A stretch of DNA of 33,209 nt from Octopus bimaculoides. Lineage: Eukaryota. The notes under the pieces were generated by a model. That model searched no databases and was not told the origin of the DNA. It saw nothing but the letters and a program-made list of their open reading frames with translations. Location: assembly GCF_001194135.2 (NCBI RefSeq), contig NC_069003.1, positions 18,282,502 through 18,315,710 on the forward strand, in the 5' to 3' direction. The translations under genes were made by a program, and so were the position numbers. Positions 1-9,858 of the stretch are shown one piece after another (the first letter of the stretch is position 1; the number at the start of each line of letters is the position of its first letter).

Positions 1-213
1 CCTGTGTTCTTTGCCTGTGAGGAACCTTGCAGAACCTCCTCTCCATCTTACTTCCTGGATGCAGCACATATCTACGCATCTCCGTTCAAGCATCTCAACA
101 ATTTCACCAGATCTACCTTTCAGCGTGCCGACGTTGAGAGTGCCAATCCTAACAGTATGGGTGTTGGGGGTGTGGGCCTGTAGCCTGGGAAGGGGAAAAG
201 CAGTGTCGTGTAC
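1..213 (-). mobile_element. RTE-clade non-LTR retrotransposon, N-terminus of ORF (APE endonuclease); runs off window edge
   Basis: Minus-strand frame 213->1 is open and reads VHDTAFPLPRLQAHTPNTHTVRIGTLNVGTLKGRSGEIVEMLERRCVDMCCIQEVRWRGGSARFLTGKEHR. GTLNV and IQEVRW are APE endonuclease motifs typical of RTE LINEs. Missed by the ORF track because there is no ATG. Confidence 0.85.
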
Positions 214-253
214 CTGAAAAGAAAACTTAATAATAATAATAATAATAATAATA

Positions 254-1040
254 GATGCAGTACCAGGCAGTGGCTCTCATGGTTTCTTATCTTGACTGAT
301 TGGAAGTGTTATCATTTTACTCTCTTTTACTCTTTTACTTGTTTTAGTTATTTGACTGCGGCCATGCTGGAGCACCACCTTTAGTCGAGCAAATCGACCC
401 CAGGACTTATTCTTTGGATGCCTAGTACTTATTCTATCAGTCTCTTTTGCCGAACCACTAAGTTATGGAGACCTAAACACACTACCATTGGTTGTCAAGC
501 GATGTTGGGGGACACAGCTACTTACCACATAGCCACTCCTGTGCCTATGTACATTGTTTGTCTTGGTATAAAAGATGGGCTACAGCAAATATTCTGCTCA
601 ATACCACAGATTTGCTTGTCAGTTGTTTGACCTTAAACAGTTGAGCATGTCCCTTGGTGGCTTACGATATGTCCATTTCTGATCAGGAGCAGAAGTAGTG
701 GGGAGCATCATAGCCATGTGTTGAAAAGAGTTCTTTGGGATTTGAATAATTCACCTTTGGAAACATGGGTGTTTTGCTCAACATCCTTAAACAAACCTTA
801 TTCGGGGACCTTTTGAACGGGAAGGGCTACTCGACCTGAAGAAAATTCTAACTGGGCCCCACCTGCAAGGTCATGTGGTTTATCCTGATATGATATCACC
901 ATGTCGTGCACATATGGTTGTGATGCATGAGCCTAGTACACCTTTATCAGATGTGTAGTCATGATCGGTGTATTGGGCTTTATAAATGTGTACCCTAGTG
1001 TCACTTAGATGGCATGTGCTGCTTTCTCATTCAACAATAG
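254..1040 (-). repeat. Non-coding interspersed repeat (LINE 5'UTR-like or non-autonomous derivative), interrupted by a SINE
   Basis: Sequence resumes after the SINE (GGAAGTGTTATC / ATGTACATTG) and ends in an (ATT)n run on the minus strand. Family recognition is from memory only. Confidence 0.4.
312..543 (-). mobile_element. tRNA-derived SINE family B, internally deleted copy
   Basis: Near-identical to both ends of the full-length copy at 12566-12956; the middle ~190 bp is missing (GGGGACACA joined to GCTACTTACC). Confidence 0.75.
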
Positions 1041-1244
1041 TAATAATCCTTCCTACTAAAGGCAGAAGGCTTGAAATTTGGCGGGAGGAGATTGGTCAAT
1101 TACATTGACCCCAGTGTTTCACTTGTGCTTAATTTATTGATCCTAAAAAGATTAAAGGCAAAGTTGACCTCAGAGGAATTTGAATTCAGAACATAAAGAC
1201 AGATGAAATACCACTAAGCATTTTGCCTGACATGCTAATGTTTC
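1041..1244 (-). mobile_element. tRNA-derived SINE family A (central GTCGACTTTGCCTTTCATCC...GTACCAG domain, Meta-domain-like)
   Basis: Homologous to more than 10 copies in the window; (ATT)n tail; CpG-depleted. Confidence 0.75.
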
Positions 1245-1470
1245 TTATTTCTTTATTGCCCACAAGGGGCTAAACATAGAGGGGACAAACAAGGACAGAC
1301 AAAGGGGTTACGTTGATTACATCGACTCCAGTGCGTAACTGGTACTTAATTTATCGACCCCGAAAGGATGAAAGGCAAAGTCGACCTTAGCGGAATTTGA
1401 ACTCATATCAGAAGGACGGACGAAATGCCGCTAAACATTTCGATCGGCGTGCTAACGATTCTGCCAGCTC
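1245..1470 (-). mobile_element. SINE family A, variant 3' tail, CpG-rich copy
   Basis: Head GAGCTGGCAGAATCGTTAGC, B-box-like GAGTTCAAATTCC and central domain present; tail differs from the other copies. Confidence 0.8.
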
Positions 1471-2085
1471 AAATAAAATGTCATGTTTTGGTACCTGACT
1501 TTTGGATCGCCCTGTATGTATGTACGTGTGAGTGTGTGTGCGTGTGAGTGTGTGTGTGCCTGCGAGTGTGTGTGTCTATGCGCGCGTGCGTGCGTGTTTA
1601 TTTTCCTGTATGCTGTGTATAAATGTGAGAAAGACAGACATCAGTATAATAAAAATTAAAGGGAGGCTACTTTCAACTGAAATTTAATGCTCATCATATA
1701 TCTGTAATGCAAGTAGTCTTTCCTTAGTTACTATGGGAGATTATTGAATCAAGGGAAATAATCCGGAGAATGACACGAATTTCATGTAACTGTCGTAAAT
1801 CTTGTATCGATTGAAAATAGACATCGTCGTCTAAAAAAGATATTCCCAAATTTCGTGGAATTATCTTTCTCATAATCTATGGCCGGGTTTGATCTATATG
1901 ATCATCGTTCTAGATTTATCCGATCTCTATAGGAGAATTCAGGTTCCCATTGCGCACCTCGATATGTTGAATGTATCCAAAAGAAGAGAGGGGAGCAATC
2001 ATCAGTTTTTTTGTAGTCTTCAAAAATAGTGATAAAACTTAAGCTTTCACTCGTAAGCAAATTGAGTACGACATGTTTCAGGAAT

Positions 2086-2302
2086 GCGGTGAGCTGGCAG
2101 AATCATTAGCACGTCTGGCAAAATGCTTAGTGGAATTTCGTTCGTCTTTACATCCTGAGTTAAAATTCCGCTGGAGTTGACTTTGCCATTCATCCTTTTG
2201 GAGTCGATAAAATAAGTACCAGATGGACATCTGGTTCAATGTAATCGACTTAGCTCCTGCCCCGAACCTGCTGGCCTTGAGCCAAAATTTGATATCATTA
2301 TT
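2086..2302 (+). mobile_element. SINE family A
   Basis: GCGGTGAGCTGGCAGAATCATTAGC head, GAGTTAAAATTCC B-box-like motif, central domain. Confidence 0.8.
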
Positions 2303-2536
2303 AATTGTTTCAGGAGTCTATGCTTAGATGCGAACAAACAAGTTAGCCTCTTGGCCTAGCTCCTCTCATCAAATTTTTCAGTTTCATTTGGAGATGAAAG
2401 TGAGAATGGAGAGGAAAGTATTCACCTCCAGTGAATTCGTCAACAAGTGAGTGAAAATAATAAGAGTGAATGAAGCTACTATAAGATTACGTCTTTAGGT
2501 CAGAGAATAACAATTGGGTGAAATATGCTGTTGATG

Positions 2537-2933
2537 GTCTGAATGTTTAGTGGCATTTTGTCTGTTCTGAGTTCAAGTTCTGCTGAAGTTGACTTTGCCT
2601 TTCATCCTTTTGGGATCAATAAATTAAGTACCAGCTATGTACTGGGATTGATGTAATCGACTAGTCTACTCCCCCAAAATTTCAGGCCTTGTGTTATAAA
2701 GAGAAAAGATCATTATTATTATTATCAAGGCAGTGAGTTAGCTGAATTGTTAGCACACTGGGCAAAAAGCTTAGCGGAATTTCATCTGTCTTTATCTTCT
2801 GAGTTCAAATTCTGCCAAGGTCAACTTTGCCTTTCAGGGTTTATAAATTAAGTAGCAGTGAAACACTGGGGGTCAATGTAATCAACTAGTCCCGTTCCCT
2901 TAAAATTCAGACCTTGTGTCTTTAGTAGAAAGG

Positions 2934-3001
<68 letters not shown>
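2537..3001 (+). mobile_element. Two tandem SINE family A copies, the second with a long (ATT)n tail
   Basis: GAGTTCAAGTTC and GAGTTCAAATTC boxes, central domain and AGGCC/AGACCTTGTG tails; (ATT)n at about 2934-3000. Confidence 0.75.
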
Positions 3002-3002
<1 letters not shown>

Positions 3003-3119
3003 ATAGAAAGGATTGAGGGAACTCCTCCTGAAGATATTGAGTTAAAATTAAAAGAAGAGTGCCATTGNNNNNNNNNNNNNNNNNNNNNNNNNNNNNNNNN
3101 NNNNNNNNNNNNNNNCATT

Positions 3120-3223
3120 GTTATGTAGTGAACGATATTTCGACATCTTGTGTATTTTCAACTGGTTCAAAAAATAAATCTGTCAGTCTACTTCATTTTG
3201 GTTAATATCGTTCACTACATAAC
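3120..3223. repeat. Perfect 20-bp inverted repeat with 64-bp spacer (mini-MITE or hairpin)
   Basis: GTTATGTAGTGAACGATATT (3120-3139) is the exact reverse complement of AATATCGTTCACTACATAAC (3204-3223). Confidence 0.8.
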
Positions 3224-3254
3224 CCAAGATTCTGAGTTTGATTCCAAGCAGTGA

Positions 3255-3306
<52 letters not shown>

Positions 3307-3486
3307 GATGACGACGTTATTTCTTAGTATGTTCCTATAATGATTTGATAATGTTTCAGCATGTCTCCTGATTTTTAAGAATCACATTACTTCATATATA
3401 TGAAAACTGTGGATCAAACTTGTTTATAATCTATTAACTGGAAAAGATGTTTGTCTTTACACGATAATAATATCTAAGCTTTATAC

Positions 3487-3809
3487 CAGTGGTTATTAAC
3501 CCGAGTCTTGTTGTAACAAAAAAATTACAAAATAAAGGCAAATGTTAACGCTACAATTGAGAATTAGTGAGGGTTTTGAGGGATATGAAGGGAGGTCAAT
3601 AAGTACAGAAAATGGTAAGCAGCACTAAGATAGTAGAATGAGAAAATTAGAGGTACAAGGCGATACTTTTGCATTTTTTCATAATCTTCTTATTTGACCA
3701 TGCTCTCATTAAGAGAATAACAAATATAATACGAGAAATTCCTGCTTTTTTTCAAGGGCTCACACCTCACTTGGAAATTACTGACACCCCACCAGGTTAA
3801 GAACCACTG
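3487..3809. mobile_element. hAT (Charlie-like) MITE
   Basis: TIRs CAGTGGTTATTAACCC (3487-) and CAGGTTAAGAACCACTG (-3809); degenerate 8-bp TSD CTTTATAC / CTCTTTTC (5/8). Confidence 0.6.
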
Positions 3810-4069
3810 CTCTTTTCAAAAATGGCATTTGCAGTTTATCCATCGCATCATGTGTATGTATGTACGTCATTATTCAGTCTATTTCAAAATTTCTTGCCAA
3901 TAGAGAAAGAACCGGTTTCTAACCTACATCCAAGATTCCTTCATTCGAATTTCAACATCAACAACAGGGTATTTTTGTATGTATGTATGTATGTATGTAT
4001 GTATGTATGTATGTATGTATGTATGTGCAGATTATGCTGATAACTGTACAGAATAAATTTTTAAAATCG

Positions 4070-4653
4070 ATGTTACCATCTGGGGACTATCTCTTACCCA
4101 TTGATAATAAAAAGACTGAAAGGAGGTCTGCAACCAAATAACTTTACTCAAAATAACACTTTGCAACTGAATCAGTAGAGGCAAAGATGCCTCTCCTTTA
4201 CTTGATAATTTATGCACCACACTGCAGAAATCACAATCTAAGTATATCTCAAAGCAAACTCTTAAACTGTTGTACCATTGAATTACAAATAATGCTCATC
4301 TTTTATGCTCGGGTGACGCTACAGCTTCCAAGAGTACAACTGTATTCGTCTTGNNNNNNNNNNNNNNNNGATGTTACCATCTGGGGACTATCTCTTACCC
4401 ATTGATAATAAAAAGACTGAAAGGAGGTCTGCAACCAAATAACTTTACTCAAAATAACACTTTGCAACTGAATCAGTAGAGGCAAAGATGCCTCTCCTTT
4501 ACTTGATAATTTATGCACCACACTGCAGAAATCACAATCTAAGTATATCTCAAAGCAAACTCTTAAACTGTTGTACCATTGAATTACAAATAATGCTCAT
4601 CTTTTATGCTCGGGTGACGCTACAGCTTCCAAGAGTACAACTGTATTCGTCTT
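4070..4653. other. Identical ~284-bp duplication flanking a short N gap (probable scaffolding artefact)
   Basis: 4070-4353 and 4370-4653 look identical and are separated only by Ns. Confidence 0.85.
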
Positions 4654-4670
4654 GGCTGAGGAAAAATGAC

Positions 4671-5280
4671 TAAAATGTCTAGTTAGCAGTTTGACCAGGA
4701 GGAACAATTTCTGTGTAGGCAATTCCTTTTGCATCAATGAAACAAATCAGTATCATTTTGACATTAGACTTCACTTGACATACTTTTGGGGGGCATGGTG
4801 ACATGAAATGCTTCCATTAACTTGATTGCTGCTTCCTCTCCGGGTCATAGCCATAGCACCAGCTTTCATAACCAGAGATGATCTTTGGAAAAAGGTCTGG
4901 ATTAACTTCTAACTGTTCTTTTGGTTCATGACACACATTTAGCCATGACTTCTTTTGATCTTCCATGAGCAAGCAAAGCACAAATTTTGCTGCAACTCTT
5001 CTCATTTGCAATTCCTTGCTCAAAATTCGTTGGCAGGAGCTCCAGGATACACCAGTCATATCAACAAGTTTGTCAATTATTCAGCGATGGTTCCCCAAGA
5101 TCAGTTCATGAATTTTCATGATGTTTTCATTCATTTGGGAGGTTGACAGTTGCCCTGAACGAGGTTGGTCTTCAAGCCACAAGTGACCATTCTTAAAGCA
5201 TGAAAAACCATTCGTAAACTTGTGTTTTGCTCATGGTAGCATCATTGCAAGCTATTTGAAGCATCAGAACTGTTTCAGCC
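4671..5280 (-). pseudogene. Mariner (Tc1/mariner) transposase pseudogene; 5' end lost in gap, 3' truncated
   Basis: Frameshifted translation AETVLML..MSKTQVYEWF..FKNGHLWLEDQPRSG..ENIMKIHELI..MTGVSWSSCQRILSKELQMRRVAAKFVLCLL..IISGYESWCYGYDPERKQQSS*WKH..KSNVKMILICFIDAKG..VPPGQTAN. The first catalytic D (GDESW) is mutated to Y. Confidence 0.9.
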
Positions 5281-5675
5281 NNNNNNNNNNNNNNNNNNNN
5301 NNNNNNNNNNNNNNNNNNNNNNNNNNNNNNNNNNNNNNNNNNNNNNNNNNNNNNNNNNNNNNNNNNNNNNNNNNNNNNNNNNNNNNNNNNNNNNNNNNNN
5401 NNNNNNNNNNNNNNNNNNNNNNNNNNNNNNNNNNNNNNNNNNNNNNNNNNNNNNNNNNNNNNNNNNNNNNNNNNNNNNNNNNNNNNNNNNNNNNNNNNNN
5501 NNNNNNNNNNNNNNNNNNNNNNNNNNNNNNNNNNNNNNNNNNNNNNNNNNNNNNNNNNNNNNNNNNNNNNNNNNNNNNNNNNNNNNNNNNNNNNNNNNNN
5601 NNNNNNNNNNNNNNATTTACCATATATATGTATGTGTGTGTGTGTGTGTGTATACACACACGCACACACACACAC

Positions 5676-5729
<54 letters not shown>

Positions 5730-5779
5730 TTTGTATGTACATATACATACTGCACACTCTCACACACACACACACACAT

Positions 5780-5967
5780 GATGGGCTTTCTGTCAACTAG
5801 ACTCCACTCAGATACCATCAGTTGATCACAAAGTTAGATATTAGAAGACATCTGGCCAAAGTGCCAGGCAGTGGCATGGACCAAACCCCAAACCCTGTGG
5901 TTTACCAAGGGAACCTCCGTTTCTGACCACAGGGCCATTACTTGCACCTGTGTGTATTTTTTGCATT
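5780..5967 (-). mobile_element. Degenerate SINE family B
   Basis: Minus-strand head AGGTGCAAGTAATGGCCCTGTGG and body similar to 12566-12956. Confidence 0.5.
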
Positions 5968-6126
5968 TTTCTTCCTTTTTTCACAAAGGAATAAAACAGA
6001 ACAGAGAAGTCAGGCCACAACACCATATCTCCAGAGTTTTCTTGAAGATGGGGTTCTAATCCTGAAATATTGAAATATAAAGTTAAAGTACAAACCATCT
6101 ATTTGTATTAATTACTAATAAACTAT

Positions 6127-6765
6127 GGCAGCAAGCTAACAGGATCATTAGCATGCCAGACAAAGTGCTTTGTTGCATTTTTTGTGGTTTTATGTTCTGA
6201 GTTCAAATTCCACTGAGGCTAACTTTGCCTTTTATCATTTTAGGGCTAATAAACTAAGTTGAGCACTGGAGTTGATGTAATTGACTATCATCCCACTCTC
6301 TGAAAATTTCAGTTCTTATGCCTATAGTAGGAAGAATTATTTCTGATAAATTGAAGTAGAAAGCTGGCAGAACATTAGCACACCAGACAAAATGCTTTGC
6401 AGCATTTCGTCCAACTCTCTATGTTCTGAACTTAAATTCCCTCAAGGTTGACTATGCTTTCCATCTTTCAGAGTTGATAAAATAGGTACAGTTGAGTTTT
6501 GGGGTTGGGCCTATATTAGAAAAAAATTATTTCTAATAAATTGACATGGCAGGCTGGCAGAAACATTAGCATTCTGGACAAAATGCTTTGCAGAATTTCT
6601 TCCAGTTCTATATATTTCTGAGCTCAAAGTCTGTGAAAGTCAACTTTGCCATTCCTGCTTCTGGGGTTGATAATATAGGTACCAGTTGAGCACTAGGAAC
6701 CAATGTAATCGACTAGCCTATTCTCCCCAAATTTCAGGCCTTGTGCCTATAGTAAAAAAGATTAA
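6127..6765 (+). mobile_element. Three tandem SINE family A copies
   Basis: Heads at about 6127, 6358 and 6547, each followed by a B-box-like motif and the central domain. Confidence 0.75.
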
Positions 6766-7346
6766 TTTTCGTAACTTGCATTGTTTTGGCTTAGAAATAT
6801 TAAAAACATAATAAATAAATAGATAAATAAATAAATAAATTATCTGCTATGCTAAACTAACAATAAATATTGCAAGACACTGATCTGAACTTTTTGGCCA
6901 GCATTATTAACAAAATATGTATTGATTAATTAGTCCTATGACATAAAATGATCTCTCTCTTCCTACAGTTGGGGAGTCTAAGTATGAATGTTCATGTTTG
7001 AGGTTTTCGATAATTTGATAAATCTCTGCTAAGAAGCTTAGACAACAGCAGAGCAAATGATGTCATGCGTAATTAGCTTAACACATACAACTAGCTGCAC
7101 GTCTCACATGTACCATAGACACAAAAAGAAGCAGCGAAATTATTTCTTAGTGAGTCTCTTTGTGAGTACCAAATTAAATTGAAGAGCAGAACTGAGGTTA
7201 TTCAACCTGTGAGATAGAGTAACAGTAATAATAATAACAGTTGCTATTTTCTGTACTCCTGACAACATCATGTATGGAGGATCGAGCCGGCAATATGTAA
7301 GTCAGTCAGTTTTTTTCCTATCTGCATGTTATCATATTCAGACATC

Positions 7347-7397
<51 letters not shown>

Positions 7398-7970
7398 GTA
7401 TATATATATATGAAAGAAGGTTTGAAAATGCAATTTTAAAGATGTTTATTCACTTGACCGGTTTCACTTTTTTAGAAAAAGATTGTCAAAAGTACAATGT
7501 AAATCTTTGTATAAGCTTGGTTGTCACAAAAGTATAAAAATGCATATATACATTCTTTGATAATCATAAGAAAATGTTAAAAACAGTTTAAGTATTAGAA
7601 TACATATATACATTCTTTGATGATAATAAGAAGAATATGTTTAAAACAGTTTAAAAGAGAGTATTCAACGGAAAGTGTTTGGTAGTATATATATACTCCG
7701 AAGATATATTTAAGAATTTACAAAAATTTGGAGAGAAACTGACCTGTCTTTTTAAGATGTTTTAGCTACACACATTATGCCTGAACTATAATGTATATGT
7801 ACATATATATTTGTGTGTGTTGTATGTATGTATATACTCACACACACATACATATGTATGATATATACACACTCACCTATATATATGTATTTATATATGT
7901 ATAGACACACACACACATATACATGAATATGTTTGTGTAGGTATGTATGTATGTATATATATATATATAT

Positions 7971-8028
7971 ATCATCATCATCATCATCGTCATTTAACGT
8001 CCGCTTTCCATGCTAGCATGGGTTGGAC
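7971..8028 (-). mobile_element. RTE LINE/SINE 3' terminus running into a gap
   Basis: (CAT)n-CGTCATTTAACGTCCGCTTTCCATGCTAGCATGGGTTGGAC matches 11590-11635 and 13850-13890. Confidence 0.7.
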
Positions 8029-8986
8029 NNNNNNNNNNNNNNNNNNNNNNNNNNNNNNNNNNNNNNNNNNNNNNNNNNNNNNNNNNNNNNNNNNNNNNNN
8101 NNNNNNNNNNNNNNNNNNNNNNNNNNNNNNNNNNNNNNNNNNNNNNNNNNNNNNNNNNNNNNNNNNNNNNNNNNNNNNNNNNNNNNNNNNNNNNNNNNNN
8201 NNNNNNNNNNNNNNNNNNNNNNNNNNNNNNNNNNNNNNNNNNNNNNNNNNNNNNNNNNNNNNNNNNNNNNNNNNNNNNNNNNNNNNNNNNNNNNNNNNNN
8301 NNNNNNNNNNNNNNNNNNNNNNNNNNNNNNNNNNNNNNNNNNNNNNNNNNNNNNNNNNNNNNNNNNNNNNNNNNNNNNNNNNNNNNNNNNNNNNNNNNNN
8401 NNNNNNNNNNNNNNNNNNNNNNNNNNNNNNNNNNNNNNNNNNNNNNNNNNNNNNNNNNNNNNNNNNNNNNNNNNNNNNNNNNNNNNNNNNNNNNNNNNNN
8501 NNNNNNNNNNNNNNNNNNNNNNNNNNNNNNNNNNNNNNNNNNNNNNNNNNNNNNNNNNNNNNNNNNNNNNNNNNNNNNNNNNNNNNNNNNNNNNNNNNNN
8601 NNNNNNNNNNNNNNNNNNNNNNNNNNNNNNNNNNNNNNNNNNNNNNNNNNNNNNNNNNNNNNNNNNNNNNNNNNNNNNNNNNNNNNNNNNNNNNNNNNNN
8701 NNNNNNNNNNNNNNNNNNNNNNNNNNNNNNNNNNNNNNNNNNNNNNNNNNNNNNNNNNNNNNNNNNNNNNNNNNNNNNNNNNNNNNNNNNNNNNNNNNNN
8801 NNNNNNNNNNNNNNNNNNNNNNNNNNNNNNNNNNNNNNNNNNNNNNNNNNNNNNNNNNNNNNNNNNNNNNNNNNNNNNNNNNNNNNNNNNNNNNNNNNNN
8901 NNNNNNNNNNNNNNNNNNNNNNNNNNNNNNNNNNNNNNNNNNNNNNNNNNNNNNNNNNNNNNNNNNNNNNNNNNNNNNNNNNNNNN

Positions 8987-9020
<34 letters not shown>

Positions 9021-9212
9021 TATATATATAACAAATTAAAAGGGTGGCTTATTAGCAATTAGAACCTAAAGGCAAAATTAATAGCAGTCACAAAAGTAAT
9101 ACAGGGTGCTTACTAGCACTGCTTATGCTAGAATAAGAGCTAAATTAACTCCAAAGCCACTAAAGCACTAAACTTAATGACTGAGAAAGGGAGGTGAGTC
9201 CCTAGTGTCTAC

Positions 9213-9268
9213 AGCCATATTGCGATTTTGAATTTTGGTGGAGACCACCTTAATTTTCATCAGTAGCT
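9213..9268 (-). ncRNA. Minimal type I hammerhead ribozyme motif, degenerate (G12A)
   Basis: Minus strand: AGCTA-CTGATGA-AAATTAAGGTGG TCT CCACCAAAATTC-AAAA-T CGCA A-TA-TGGCT. Stem I AGCTA/TGGCT; stem II 9/12 pairs; GAAA core reads AAAA. Confidence 0.65.
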
Positions 9269-9304
9269 CTTAATGCCTACAGTTAAATTCAACTTCCTTT
9301 GTCA

Positions 9305-9346
<42 letters not shown>

Positions 9347-9414
9347 ATATATATATATATATAGATAGATAGATAGATATATACAATATATATATATATA
9401 TATATATATATCAT

Positions 9415-9535
9415 CATTAACATCTGTTTTCCTTGCTGTCATGGGTTAAATGGTTTGACTGGAACTGGTAAGCCAGAGAACTGCACCAGGTTCCAGTCTG
9501 TTTTGGCTTGGTTTCTGTGGTTGGATGCCCTTCAC
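9415..9535 (-). mobile_element. Degenerate RTE-type 3' tail
   Basis: Diverged homolog of 11590-11720 (CATGGGTT...GGTTTGACT...GGATGCCCTTC). Confidence 0.5.
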
Positions 9536-9547
9536 TCCATAAAGTGT

Positions 9548-9858
9548 ACTGACTCCTGTTAACTGACATTGCAAAACTAACTCTTGTCGGAAATTGAAGT
9601 CTCTTGATTTTAAAGGGCATGCCTGCTGGAATCAGTGGAATTCTTGGAACAAACACAATTTCTCCCTTTCCTTGTTGAGTGTGGACTGTTGCTTCCAAAA
9701 GATGCAGATGAATTTGCCTGACAATCAGTCTTGTCCATTGTACAGCTTTGGGGGATCTAGATTTCTCAAAAGCATAATTGGAACTCTTTCTTCAATGCCA
9801 ATTTGTGAGAAGGCATTCCAGGAGAATCTAAAGAGTTAAGAAAGTCAGTAGTTATTAC
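9548..9858 (-). mobile_element. Helitron RepHel fragment (PIF1-like helicase C-terminal motifs)
   Basis: Frameshifted translation DFLNSLDSPGMPSHKLALK..VPIMLLRNLDPPKLYNG..RLIV..EATVHTQQGKGEIVFVPRIPLIPAGMPFKIKRLQFPTRVSFAMSVNRSQ; classic Helitron helicase motifs (MLLRNL, RLQFP, FAMSxNKSQ). Confidence 0.85.

Noticed and set aside
4070-4653. Apparent perfect tandem duplication of 284 bp, with duplicated ORFs
   Set aside because: The copies are identical and separated only by Ns, which is the typical signature of unmerged overlapping contig ends. The same applies to CATTG around the gap at 3068-3115.
4560-7210. Minus-strand acceptor-like sites near 4659, 6063 and 7210 followed by short frames
   Set aside because: Each closes quickly with a stop or runs into a SINE, and they cannot be chained into a coherent gene model.
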